NCBI GenBank assembly: GCA_964588165.1
Contig: CAZPMS010000001.1
Coordinates: 27,303 to 91,302, forward strand
Direction: 5' to 3'
Source of the DNA: an uncultured Gammaproteobacteria bacterium
GTDB taxonomy: Bacteria > Patescibacteriota > Patescibacteriia > UBA1558 > UBA10009
Length of the DNA stretch: 64,000 nucleotides
Below the pieces are notes generated by a model. It saw only the letters and a list, made by a program, of their open reading frames with translations. It searched no databases and had not been told where the DNA came from. Below, one piece after another: positions 30,921 through 40,607 of the stretch (position 1 is the first letter of the stretch; every line of letters starts with the position of its first letter). A program made the position numbers and the translations under genes.

Positions 30921-31569
30921 GTTTAAACTCATTTATGGAATTTAACCTTAAATTTGCCAGTTTTTCCATAATTTCTACATTTTTTTTAGGATATGGAATA
31001 GCTACTGTAAACATACCTGCTGCTTTAGCTGCCTTTACTCCTTTTAGGTCATTTTCAAAAACCAAGCAATCTTTAGGATTAACTTCCAATCTTTTGGCCG
31101 CTAATAAAAAAACTTCAGGATCTGGTTTATTATTTTTTCCCTCATGAGTTGAAGTCAAGACTGAAAAATATTCACTCCAGCCAAAATAGTTAACCACAAA
31201 CTCAATTATTTTTAAATTCATTCCTGAAGCAATGGCCATAGGCAATTCATTTTTTTTGAAAATCTTAAGTATTTCATTTACTCCAGGTAAAACTTCTAAT
31301 TCATTTTTATATATCTCAAACATCTTTTGCATCCTTAAATCCATAATCTGTTCAGGTGATTCCTCTTTATTAAAAATCTCCTTGAGTTTAGACATAATCT
31401 CTTTTAGTTGAATTATTTCCGATTTCATCTTCAACCAGATTGGCTGCCACTCTTGCCAGGCAGCCTCACCTAAATATTCAGTAAAAAATACCTGGTCAAT
31501 TTCTGGCCAAAGTTTTTCTGAATCCACTAAAAGATTGTCCATGTCAAAAATTACTGCTTGATATTTCAT
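30907..31569 (-). CDS. HAD-superfamily phosphatase (beta-PGM/CbbY-like)
   Basis: FDMDNLLVDSE, KPDPEVF, FEND..GVKAA. Confidence 0.88.
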   Translation of the reverse strand: MKYQAVIFDMDNLLVDSEKLWPEIDQVFFTEYLGEAAWQEWQPIWLKMKSEIIQLKEIMSKLKEIFNKEESPEQIMDLRMQKMFEIYKNELEVLPGVNEILKIFKKNELPMAIASGMNLKIIEFVVNYFGWSEYFSVLTSTHEGKNNKPDPEVFLLAAKRLEVNPKDCLVFENDLKGVKAAKAAGMFTVAIPYPKKNVEIMEKLANLRLNSINEFKLDEI

Positions 31570-31572
31570 ATA

Positions 31573-32289
31573 TTATTTTTCTAATCTTTTTTTAAGAAGT
31601 TGCTCTGCTATTAAAAAATCTTTTTCATCATCAATATCAACCGCATCTAGCTTATCAATCTTATGAAATAGAATCTTGTTACCTGATAATGATTTATCTT
31701 TCATCAATGTATCATACTTTACGGCAATTACATCTGTATGTGAAAGAGCCTCGGGAAACGATTGCCTTGGTTGATTTGCAATATCAGGTCCGGTAATTTC
31801 TTCCGGCATAAATGGCTTTAATTGTTTGCCCTCAACTCTCCATAATTTATATGGATGCTTAGATGCTTCAATTACAGTTCTGCATGAAGTGGCTTCTTTA
31901 TCTCCAGCTAATAGCTCTATGCACTTATCAATGGATTCTGTTTTACATAATGCAGAAGTAGCTGGTAAACGCAATATAATATCCGGCTTCCAATTTTCAT
32001 TCTCCTCAAACCATTTAACTGCATGGGTTAAGTATTTAATATCCAGTGCTTTATCATCAGATATTTCTTTAGGCCTTAAAAAGGGCGCTTCAGCTCCGTA
32101 CTTTTTGGCAATATCAGCATATTCTTGTGAATCAGTAGAAATAATTAGCTTATCAATTAACTTGGAAGCTTTAGCTGCCTCGGTTATCCAAGCTAAAAGA
32201 GGTTTACCGAGCAGCAGTTTAATATTTTTATGAGGCAGCGCTTTAGAACCTGACCTGGCTCCAATAACTGCTAAAACATTTAAATTCAT
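31573..32289 (-). CDS. neuA: CMP-nonulosonate synthetase 2
   Basis: GARSGSKALPHKN, ISTDS, PFLRP, VDIDDEKDF. Confidence 0.88.
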   Translation of the reverse strand: MNLNVLAVIGARSGSKALPHKNIKLLLGKPLLAWITEAAKASKLIDKLIISTDSQEYADIAKKYGAEAPFLRPKEISDDKALDIKYLTHAVKWFEENENWKPDIILRLPATSALCKTESIDKCIELLAGDKEATSCRTVIEASKHPYKLWRVEGKQLKPFMPEEITGPDIANQPRQSFPEALSHTDVIAVKYDTLMKDKSLSGNKILFHKIDKLDAVDIDDEKDFLIAEQLLKKRLEK

Positions 32290-32292
32290 AAT

Positions 32293-33669
32293 CTAAAGAT
32301 TCTTAATTATATAATTATACATTCTCTTGCCTGTTTGGCCGTCTGAATGCTTGCACTGCTCCCTAACTATCCTTTGCCTGCCTTCAGCGTCTTGCTGAGG
32401 GTTTTTTAAATACATATTTATTATCTCACCCAGTTCTTGTTTATTATTGGCCGGCCGTTCACCACCTGTGGCCACAATTTGACGGTAATGAGTGTAATCT
32501 CTTAAGCGTTTGATTGAAAACAAATATTTTTTCTTGGCTTTGCCGTCGTAATTAATATTGATGACCGGCTTATCAAAAATACTGGCTTCAATAACTATAG
32601 TACAGTAGTTGGTAATCAATAAATCCAAATGGTAAAACAAGTTGGTGAAAAAATCATCATCTTCCTGCTTTATTTCCCAGCTTTGTTCTTCACCCACAAA
32701 CTCGCAAGGTTGGTTATAAATGAATCCGTAATTTTTAATTTTGCCAATAAGCTCATCAGACAAGGCATATTTAGGATAAGTTCTGATTAAAAACTTATGT
32801 GGCACTTCAATTTTATTTTCTTTTTTTAACTCATTCATGTCGCCGATTACATCGTCATAATTTGGTGAAGTATTTGTAGAAGACAAGCCATAAACAACCA
32901 ATTTCTTATCCAGCGGACAACCAATCTGCTTAAAAAATTCCTCTTTAGAAACTATAGCCTCTTTTTTAAAATACCTGTCATATTTTATTACGCCAACCAC
33001 TTCAATATCTTTCTTTTTAATATCGCCCATACTTATAGACTCTTGTTTTACAAAATCGGTAGTAACAATATATTTATCTGATTTATGGAAGATAAACAGC
33101 TTAGAATTCAAATTATCCCAGCTTAAAATATAGGAAACAGTCTTAATTCCTTTTTCTCTGGCCCTTTTTAACATTCTAAATTCATCAAACCTTAAAAGGT
33201 TAACAGCATAAATTAAATCAGGCTGGTATTTGGCAAATAAATTATCATAATGTGAACCATCCGCAAACTTTTTAAACAAAATTCTTATAAATTCCCGCCA
33301 AGGCCGAAGTTTAGCTAAATACCAAAAAAGTCTTTTAGCTAAAAATGTTATAAGCTTCCTTAAAAAACTCATATTTTTTACATCAGTAAAAAACCTTTGA
33401 TGATGAATCTTGATAGTTCTAGTGGAAATACCGCTTTTGCCCATAAAATAAACTAAAGCTTCTGGCTTAGTTTTAGCTTTTTTTTCTGCAACCGCTTCTA
33501 CGATAACATTATCCGACTCATAACTTTCTTTATAGTAGTCAACCTTACCCCTGGGGACCAACAAAATAACTTTTAAGTCATTATTCTTTTTTAAGGAATC
33601 AAAAAATTCCGACCGCAGCAGATCTCTGGCCTGGAAGCCTGTTTCTATGGTAATAAATATTGTTTTCAT
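32293..33669 (-). CDS. GT-B/TagF-like transferase paralog 3 (putative nonulosonate transferase)
   Basis: SWDNLNSK, EASIFDKPVINI, HY; aligns with paralogs 1 and 2. Confidence 0.6.
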   Translation of the reverse strand: MKTIFITIETGFQARDLLRSEFFDSLKKNNDLKVILLVPRGKVDYYKESYESDNVIVEAVAEKKAKTKPEALVYFMGKSGISTRTIKIHHQRFFTDVKNMSFLRKLITFLAKRLFWYLAKLRPWREFIRILFKKFADGSHYDNLFAKYQPDLIYAVNLLRFDEFRMLKRAREKGIKTVSYILSWDNLNSKLFIFHKSDKYIVTTDFVKQESISMGDIKKKDIEVVGVIKYDRYFKKEAIVSKEEFFKQIGCPLDKKLVVYGLSSTNTSPNYDDVIGDMNELKKENKIEVPHKFLIRTYPKYALSDELIGKIKNYGFIYNQPCEFVGEEQSWEIKQEDDDFFTNLFYHLDLLITNYCTIVIEASIFDKPVININYDGKAKKKYLFSIKRLRDYTHYRQIVATGGERPANNKQELGEIINMYLKNPQQDAEGRQRIVREQCKHSDGQTGKRMYNYIIKNL

Positions 33670-35054
33670 AACTTGTTGGATATATTTGATAATTTGTTTT
33701 TAGATTTAGTTAAAATATTTTTTATTATTTCTAAATCAAATTGAGTAAATTTAAACATACCTGTAAATGCGTGCCATTTTAAACCTAATTTTTTTATAGT
33801 GCTAAAATAAATTATCAATCCCACTAAAAAATTGCTTATTATAAATTCAAAAGCCATACCGTAGATCCCAAATATTGGCAAAAGTAAAGAATTTAAAATA
33901 ATCACTAAAAATATTTTTAAAACAGGAAAGTAGGCTAGAATTTTCTGCTGTCTTAGGCTGAACAGTATAGAATTAGCAAACCTGTTTACCCCACCAAAGC
34001 TAAGAGGCACCACGCTTAAAATCATAAAAATTGGTATAGATGCCCAATACTTAGGGAAGGCAATATAAACAAAAATTGGCATCAAAATAAGACCGGCTAA
34101 ATAAGTTAAAACCAAAATTATGGTTGAATATTTGCTACCGTAAATAAAAGCTCTTTTAAGGCGACTTCTATCTTTAATAATTTCCGGCAGTAATTGGTTA
34201 ACAACTTTTTTAATCGGAATCAATCCATCTAAATGGGTATAAAGGTTCTTGCCAAAATTATAAATAGCCACTGCTTCGGTACTGATAAAAAATTTAATCA
34301 GCCAGGGCTTAATATTTTTTTGGATTTTTGAGACAACCCCGGCAAAAATATTCCACTTGCCATGAGCTTTTATAATCTTCCATAATTCCAGATTTTTTAA
34401 ATCTATTTTAAAACCGCTAAACCAGCACATTAGATCTTTCCGGTTGTAAAAAAAGATAAAAATAATAGTTAAAAAATTAGCCACCACCATGGTAAAAATA
34501 ATCTTGGCTATACCTGGATCAAAATAAAATACTATCGTAAGAAGTATCACAATCTTTATTAGTTCTTTCAAAAAAGTAAAACTACCCATTTGGAAAAACT
34601 TTTTATTAACTTTAAAATTAATTCTTAAAAAATTATCCAAACCCCTAAATAAAACTAAAAACGCTCCTAACTTAATAAATAAGCTGATTGAATTATAGCC
34701 ATATTGGCTGGCAATCATCTCGGCGCCAAAAAATAAAACAGCAAAAGCAATAAAACCCAGTATAATCTTAGTTATAAAATATTCTTGAAAAATTTTTTTG
34801 GCCTTAGATAGTTCCCCTTTCCCCCGCTCTATCATAATATCGGTAGCCACTAACTGATCCATGCTTTCAAATAAAATTGAGCTGGCAAAACCGATTATTG
34901 CCAAAACTAAAACATATAGTCCATATTCATAAATTGTTAAAAGGTATAAAACAATAAATGAATTAACAATTCCTATTACCTGGCTCAAGGTTCCCCAAGA
35001 ACCCAAAAAAACTGTGCCTTTTAATGCTTCGGCTGTTAATGATTTTTGGCTCAT
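33666..35054 (-). CDS. wzx: Wzx-type oligosaccharide flippase
   Basis: 12-14 TM, EYGLY motif near N-terminus, glycan-locus context. Confidence 0.75.
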   Translation of the reverse strand: MSQKSLTAEALKGTVFLGSWGTLSQVIGIVNSFIVLYLLTIYEYGLYVLVLAIIGFASSILFESMDQLVATDIMIERGKGELSKAKKIFQEYFITKIILGFIAFAVLFFGAEMIASQYGYNSISLFIKLGAFLVLFRGLDNFLRINFKVNKKFFQMGSFTFLKELIKIVILLTIVFYFDPGIAKIIFTMVVANFLTIIFIFFYNRKDLMCWFSGFKIDLKNLELWKIIKAHGKWNIFAGVVSKIQKNIKPWLIKFFISTEAVAIYNFGKNLYTHLDGLIPIKKVVNQLLPEIIKDRSRLKRAFIYGSKYSTIILVLTYLAGLILMPIFVYIAFPKYWASIPIFMILSVVPLSFGGVNRFANSILFSLRQQKILAYFPVLKIFLVIILNSLLLPIFGIYGMAFEFIISNFLVGLIIYFSTIKKLGLKWHAFTGMFKFTQFDLEIIKNILTKSKNKLSNISNKL

Positions 35055-36232
35055 AAAATTGATTTATAGATATCAACCAATTTGCTTGCGGACTTTTCCC
35101 AGGAAAAAACCTGGCCTCTGGCTAATCCTTTACTTGTTAATTGTTCTTTTAATTCCTGATTTTGTAAAACCTGATCAATGCCGGCAGCAATATCACTTAA
35201 ATCCAAAGGGTCAACATATTTTACTGCATCACCGGCCACTTCTTTATAAACCGGAATATCAGATACCACTTGGGCAACCCCAACTTTCATCGCTTCAACC
35301 AATGGCAGCCCAAAACCTTCATTTAAACTTAAATTTACGGCCAGGTCTGCCGCACCATAAATTGCTGGCATATCTTCTGCCTCTATATCTTTAGTAATTA
35401 TTACATCATTTTCAAGATTATTTTCTTTAATAATATTATCCACTTTTTCTGAATAATCTTTTAAATGCCTTCCGCCAACCAATATTAAATATTGATTGAT
35501 TTTATATTCCCTTTTTAATTTGGCATAAGCTTTAACTAAACGGTGGACATTTTTATGCGGATCAAAACGGCCTACCTGGACAATATAAGGTTGTTTAATA
35601 TTATATTTCTTTTTTAAAACATCCCGGCATCCCGGCATCCCGGCATCCTCGATTGGCCTAAAATTATCTTTGCAACTATTATAAAAATAATTAATTTTAT
35701 CTGATTTAATATTATAGTATTTTGCGATCTGCTTTTTGCCGGTTTCTGAAACAGCTAAAAATATATCCACAAAAGGTTTGGCCAAATATTTAATATGGAA
35801 ATTCCACCAACTGCCGGCTTTCCTAAAATGCTTAGGGGTGAACTTATCCGGCGCACCATGCAAGGTAACAACAAACTTTTTTATCTTGCCCCGCCACTTA
35901 GCAATTAAAAATCCCGGGTACAGATTGTGTCTGGGCACCATAAAAATATCAAACTTTTCTTTGGTGGTTATAAAAAACCATAGCCAGGAAAAAGTCCCTG
36001 ATAGCATTGGTAGCTTAAAGGTTTTAATGGTAATATTTTTTGCCAGCTTACAAACAGGGTGGTGGCATTTGCCCTCCCTGTGCACCAAAGTTAAATCAAT
36101 CTGATCAGCATAGTTATTTACCAGCTGCTCAATCAGTTTTTGGGAATAAGTGGCTTGGCCTTTGGTTTTCCTGTCTATGTCGTCTGTAAACCAAGCAACT
36201 TTAATTTTGTTATTATTTTTCATTTGATTCAT
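35051..36232 (-). CDS. GT4 glycosyltransferase
   Basis: VGRFDPHKN, EGFGLPLVEAM; ORF-track extension to 36319 is read through a repeat. Confidence 0.9.
   Translation of the reverse strand: MNQMKNNNKIKVAWFTDDIDRKTKGQATYSQKLIEQLVNNYADQIDLTLVHREGKCHHPVCKLAKNITIKTFKLPMLSGTFSWLWFFITTKEKFDIFMVPRHNLYPGFLIAKWRGKIKKFVVTLHGAPDKFTPKHFRKAGSWWNFHIKYLAKPFVDIFLAVSETGKKQIAKYYNIKSDKINYFYNSCKDNFRPIEDAGMPGCRDVLKKKYNIKQPYIVQVGRFDPHKNVHRLVKAYAKLKREYKINQYLILVGGRHLKDYSEKVDNIIKENNLENDVIITKDIEAEDMPAIYGAADLAVNLSLNEGFGLPLVEAMKVGVAQVVSDIPVYKEVAGDAVKYVDPLDLSDIAAGIDQVLQNQELKEQLTSKGLARGQVFSWEKSASKLVDIYKSIL
35620..35648. repeat. Intragenic 8-nt tandem repeat (CATCCCGG)x3 plus CATCC
   Basis: catcccgg catcccgg catcccgg catcc; encodes DAGMPGCRD. 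Confidence 0.9.
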
Positions 36233-36233
36233 A

Positions 36234-36343
36234 GTCCGTGAAAGTCTGTGTCTGACCGCGTCGTCTGTGCTTGACTGCGAAAGTCCGTACAGACATACAC
36301 GGGCAAATACAGACGACACTGACCTACGCGGACCTGCACAGAC
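36234..36343. repeat. Periodic palindrome A1: 6x GTCNGTG / 6x CACNGAC
   Basis: Spacers 3-3-2-3-3 on both arms; fills the gap between a stop (36344) and an ATG (36232). Confidence 0.9.
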
Positions 36344-36652
36344 TTATTTATTACCCTCTCCAATATTCTTATTCTTCTTTATAAAATATAAATTCCTGAT
36401 ATAAATTAAAATTGCTAAAAGTTGGCCCAAGAAGAAAACCGGATCACGCCTTACTATAGCGTAAACAAAAATTATTAAAGCGCCAATAATGCTTAAGTAC
36501 CAAAAATAAATTGGTATCACGCTCATTTTTGCTTTTTCTGAATACCACCACTGCACTACAAACCTTAAAAAGAAAATAAATTGCCCTAAAAAGCCGACAA
36601 TTAGCCAGTAGTCGTAGTTTATTGATTCGAGATAACTAATTATATTATCCAT
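36344..36652 (-). CDS. LAB_N (lipid-A-disaccharide synthase N-terminal-like) 3-TM protein
   Basis: GFLGQFIFFLRFVVQW..SEK..SVIP..FWYLS..RRDPVF..GQ..IYIRNL. Confidence 0.88.
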   Translation of the reverse strand: MDNIISYLESINYDYWLIVGFLGQFIFFLRFVVQWWYSEKAKMSVIPIYFWYLSIIGALIIFVYAIVRRDPVFFLGQLLAILIYIRNLYFIKKNKNIGEGNK

Positions 36653-36658
36653 GTCCTA

Positions 36659-36706
36659 AATTAATTAATAATTAATGATTAAAAAATAATGATCAATCAT
36701 TAATTT
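36659..36706. repeat. Degenerate 7-nt period AT-rich inverted repeat
   Basis: aattaataattaatgatt...aatgatcaatcattaatt. Confidence 0.4.
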
Positions 36707-38425
36707 TCAATTTTTATTTATTAATCTGTATACCTCTACAAAAGGCCCATACCCTTGTATATTGTTTAAAGTATCATCAACTTCTCTAGGTGAATTAGGA
36801 ATGTCGTAAATTACTTCCAAGCTGTCTGACGGATAAAATTCTTGAATCAATACTTTATCAAATTTTTCTAAAGCACTATAGCGTTCCCACTTGCTGGGAA
36901 TCTTTAAATAATCTTTCTGCCAATATGAAACAATATAATAATCGGCCCTAACTCCCTCTACAAATAATTTATCAAAATCCAAATGGTGCCAATCATAAAT
37001 AAAGTAATTGGGTTTAGGATAATTTTCATCAGTCAATTGGCTTAGATATTTATCTTTAGTGTTTACCCAAAAGCTGTTGTTGTATCTTAAAAATTCAATG
37101 CTTTTTTTATCCTTTACTAGGGCGTGGATTATATCTTCTTCATCAATAATAACTCTGCTACCTGCCGGAATATTTTCCCCAATCCAATCAAGGGTTTGGA
37201 TTCTGGTATCGGTAACTGTAAATTTTTGCAAAAACCTGGCATCTGTATAAAATGCCGGAATTAATAAAATAACGGCTAAAATATAAGTTAGGCCTTTTTT
37301 TTCTTTAATTTTAAATTTTAAAATAACTTGATATAAGCCGTAGGCGGCAAATAAAAGCAAGATCGGTATTAGTGGAATGTTAAATCTATGGAAAGCTTTG
37401 GAAAAGAAGAAAAACAAGGAAAACAAATAAATTATAGGAAAGCCGATAAATAGCCATTTTTCAAACCAATTCCAAATTTTATTTTTAAAGATGAAATAAA
37501 AACCTGCTACTGCAAATAACAATAAATATTTTAAATCATACAATAAAGAGACCAGAATGGTTTTAATGTTCTCAACTATATCAGAGCTTCTTTCCACATT
37601 GGAAATTTGCTCAAAATTAAATTCAACCCCAAAATTACTCAAGACTATGGCTATCACCCTGCCAAATTGGCGCAGGATTGAATGAGTATTGCCTAAAATA
37701 AAAAAGGTGACGATTACCAATAAAATTACTAAGCTAATAATTATTTTTTTATTAAAAAACTGGTTAAAGTTTTTCGGCCTAAGATAATATGCATGAGCCA
37801 GCAGTAGCCAAGGCACCAATAAAATTGCCAAAAGGCCGGTGCCAAAACCTAGGCCCATAAAAACGGCAGACCAATAATAATATTTTTTACTGCCGGTTTT
37901 TGCCAGTTGCCATAATAAATAAACGGCCACTAAAATAAAAAAGCCTAAGGGTATCCAAAACCTGCCGGATACTGAACCATGCAAATGCAAAAAATCAAAA
38001 GCTAACCATAATGAGGCAACAACGCCAATTAATGGATTAAACAATTTTTTACCAAACTTATATAAAAACCAAACAGTTAAAGTTCCAAATAAAATTGAAA
38101 TTATCCGAGTGAAAATTAATAGTTGTTCGCTGTTTAATAAAACAAACTCTTTATAACCGGTAAGACCGGCAAATTGGCCAAAGACCATACCAACTAAACC
38201 GTAGATGACAATAAATGGCATTAATAAATATGAGGTTAAAGGCGGTAGATAGCTAAATGCCAGCCACAATGTTTTTTGGTCCATCATTTTTAAAGCATTG
38301 GCCAATTGGATGTACTCATCGCCAAACAGCCTTAAAGGCAAGCCGTAATTAATTGGCAGCAACCTTATTAACAGAGCTGCCAACAAAATTCCTATTAAGA
38401 CCCAAGTTGTTTTTGCAAATTTCAT
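36707..38425 (-). CDS. GT-C glycosyltransferase (ArnT/PMT-like)
   Basis: DE motif after TM1 (FGDE), about 11 TM, soluble C-terminal domain. Confidence 0.75.
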   Translation of the reverse strand: MKFAKTTWVLIGILLAALLIRLLPINYGLPLRLFGDEYIQLANALKMMDQKTLWLAFSYLPPLTSYLLMPFIVIYGLVGMVFGQFAGLTGYKEFVLLNSEQLLIFTRIISILFGTLTVWFLYKFGKKLFNPLIGVVASLWLAFDFLHLHGSVSGRFWIPLGFFILVAVYLLWQLAKTGSKKYYYWSAVFMGLGFGTGLLAILLVPWLLLAHAYYLRPKNFNQFFNKKIIISLVILLVIVTFFILGNTHSILRQFGRVIAIVLSNFGVEFNFEQISNVERSSDIVENIKTILVSLLYDLKYLLLFAVAGFYFIFKNKIWNWFEKWLFIGFPIIYLFSLFFFFSKAFHRFNIPLIPILLLFAAYGLYQVILKFKIKEKKGLTYILAVILLIPAFYTDARFLQKFTVTDTRIQTLDWIGENIPAGSRVIIDEEDIIHALVKDKKSIEFLRYNNSFWVNTKDKYLSQLTDENYPKPNYFIYDWHHLDFDKLFVEGVRADYYIVSYWQKDYLKIPSKWERYSALEKFDKVLIQEFYPSDSLEVIYDIPNSPREVDDTLNNIQGYGPFVEVYRLINKN

Positions 38426-39357
38426 TATTTAAGAGTTTTTTTAATTCTAAAATAATCTTTTTTACCGGAATGTTTGCTTACAATAATTTCACCTAAAATG
38501 CCAATGGAAAATAACTGCACGCCCACAATAACCAAAAGCAAACCAACAAAGAATAAATATGGGTGCTGGTTAATTAAAATGCCATAAATAAATTTAGCAA
38601 GATATAATCCTACAATAACTAAAAAGCCTAAAATTGAACTGAACATTCCTAAATTTCCAAAAAAATGTGAGGGCTTTTGGGAAAATCTCAAGAGAACCCA
38701 CAAGGTAGTAATATCAAAAAAACCTTTAATCAAACGTCCAGCTCCGTATTTGGATTTTCCAAATTTGCGGGCGTGATGCTTAACGCCAATTTCTTCCACA
38801 CTAAAGCCTTTAGTATACAACAAAGCCGGAATAAACCGATACAAACCGCCATAAAGGTTTAATGATTGGGCTGCCTCTTTGGTATAAGCTTTAAAACCAC
38901 AATTAAAATCATGGACTTTTAACTTGGTAATTTTAGAGACCATAAAATTAAATATTTTAGAAGGGAAGGTTTTAGAAATTGGATCATGCCTATGCACTTT
39001 CCAGCCGGTTACGCAGTCGGCGCCTGCCTCTATTTTTTCTATAAACCTAGAGATCTCCTCGGGCTCATCCTGCAAATCACCGTCCATTGTAATAATTATA
39101 TCTCCTTCCGCCTCGGCAAAGCCTGCCATTAAAGCGGCGGACTTTTCAAAATTTCTAGTAAACTGAATTACCTTTGTATGTTCAATATCCTGTTTATGAA
39201 CATTTTCCAATTCAAAAATTGTTTTATCATTACTGCCGTCATCAATATAAATAATCTCATACTTCCTATTAAGTGAAGATAAAACCGATTTTAATTTTTG
39301 CTGCAGAGGATTAATGCTTTCCTCTTCATTATAAACCGGGATAACTATTGAAATCAT
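38425..39357 (-). CDS. GT2 undecaprenyl-phosphate glycosyltransferase (ArnC/GtrB-like)
   Basis: IPVYNEE, DDGS, MDGDLQD, DFNCGFKAY, RFIP, two C-terminal TMs. Confidence 0.9.
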   Translation of the reverse strand: MISIVIPVYNEEESINPLQQKLKSVLSSLNRKYEIIYIDDGSNDKTIFELENVHKQDIEHTKVIQFTRNFEKSAALMAGFAEAEGDIIITMDGDLQDEPEEISRFIEKIEAGADCVTGWKVHRHDPISKTFPSKIFNFMVSKITKLKVHDFNCGFKAYTKEAAQSLNLYGGLYRFIPALLYTKGFSVEEIGVKHHARKFGKSKYGAGRLIKGFFDITTLWVLLRFSQKPSHFFGNLGMFSSILGFLVIVGLYLAKFIYGILINQHPYLFFVGLLLVIVGVQLFSIGILGEIIVSKHSGKKDYFRIKKTLK

Positions 39358-39387
39358 ATGTTTTAAAATTAATTTTATTTAGAATAA

Positions 39388-39488
39388 CACTGATGGTTCG
39401 CGGATGGCGCGCAGATAACTCACAGATATCAGCGAGTTATCCGTGATTTATCAGTGGGTATTCAGTGAATCTCCGTGATTTATCCGCG
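39388..39488. repeat. Periodic imperfect palindrome, about 11-nt period, CRCNGAT x4 / ATCNGYG x6
   Basis: cactgat ggtt cgcggat ggcg cgcagat aact cacagat | atcagcg agtt atccgtg attt atcagtg ggta ttcagtg aat ctccgtg attt atccgcg. Confidence 0.8.
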
Positions 39489-40607
39489 TTTCTTCTGATA
39501 AATATTTAGAATAGTCTCTTTTAATATTTTAACATTTTTTTGGATAGAAAAGTCTTTTACTCTGGCCAAAGCTCCTTTTGAAATTTTACTTCTTAAATTA
39601 GAATCATTAATAAGTAAGTTCACTTTTTCGGCTATAGCCACTGGATCTTTAACCGGCACAATTAAACCATCGGTTCCATCATTTAAAACTTCTTTAGCTC
39701 CAGAAACATCAGAAATAACCATTGGCTTGCCTGCTGCCATAGCTTCTAACATTACCAAAGAGAGTCCCTCCCAAAGCGATGGCATTACAAAAATATCAGT
39801 TACAGAAAAAAGTTTGTTTATTGGTAAGATGCCCAGCATTTTTATTTTATCGGCTATATTTAAATCAGCTGCCAGTTGTTCCAGTTCTGACCGTAGTTTG
39901 CCTTCACCGCCGATTAAAAAATAAATTTCTTTATCTGAATTTTTATCAATTATTTTTTTAGCAGCTTCTATAAAATAAGTTTGGCCTTTTTGCTCCACTA
40001 AACTGCCAGCGTTGGATACAACCATGGCCGCCTCTGGAATACCCAAATCTTTTTTGAATACTGATTTTTCTTGTGTTGATAATTCTTTAAAATCCAATGG
40101 CACAGCATTGTAAATGAGCTTGAATTTACTTTTGGGAATATTTTCTTGTTTTGAAGTAAATTCCAAAACTTCTTTTGAGACCGGAATTATGGCATCAGTA
40201 AAGTATGAAAGTATTTTATCAGCCAGGATCTGGACTTTAGATTTATTTATATAAACGTTCTGCTCATAAGAACAAATAACCGGAACGTGGCTAAGCTTAG
40301 CCAAAATTCTTAAAGAAAAATTTGTTAAGAATAAATAACTTATAACTGCATCAAATTTTTCTTTATCCAAAAACTTTTTAACTTTAGGCATGGCCGCTAA
40401 ATCTAAAACGTTTTTATAACTAAACTGAATGGTTTTATCTGCTGAAATTTGCAGCTGATCCCTAAAAGTTTTTTTACCTTTTTCAGTCACTGTTGTTAAA
40501 ACCCAAACATCAAAATTTGGATCTTTATTAAGTTCATTAACTTGGTTTACAAAAACTCTTTCGGCTCCACCTATTACTAAACTGTTTATGGCAAATAAAA
40601 TCTTCAT
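39480..40607 (-). CDS. GT4 glycosyltransferase
   Basis: GGAER, QKGQ, PSLWEGLSLVMLEAM; start MKILF at 40607. Confidence 0.9.
   Translation of the reverse strand: MKILFAINSLVIGGAERVFVNQVNELNKDPNFDVWVLTTVTEKGKKTFRDQLQISADKTIQFSYKNVLDLAAMPKVKKFLDKEKFDAVISYLFLTNFSLRILAKLSHVPVICSYEQNVYINKSKVQILADKILSYFTDAIIPVSKEVLEFTSKQENIPKSKFKLIYNAVPLDFKELSTQEKSVFKKDLGIPEAAMVVSNAGSLVEQKGQTYFIEAAKKIIDKNSDKEIYFLIGGEGKLRSELEQLAADLNIADKIKMLGILPINKLFSVTDIFVMPSLWEGLSLVMLEAMAAGKPMVISDVSGAKEVLNDGTDGLIVPVKDPVAIAEKVNLLINDSNLRSKISKGALARVKDFSIQKNVKILKETILNIYQKKRG

Noticed and set aside
36233-36319. N-terminal extensions in the ORF track (35051..36319, 50428..51441, 44569.., 48893..50356, 46276..47079)
   Set aside because: The extensions run through repeats or promoters; downstream ATGs give normal domain starts.
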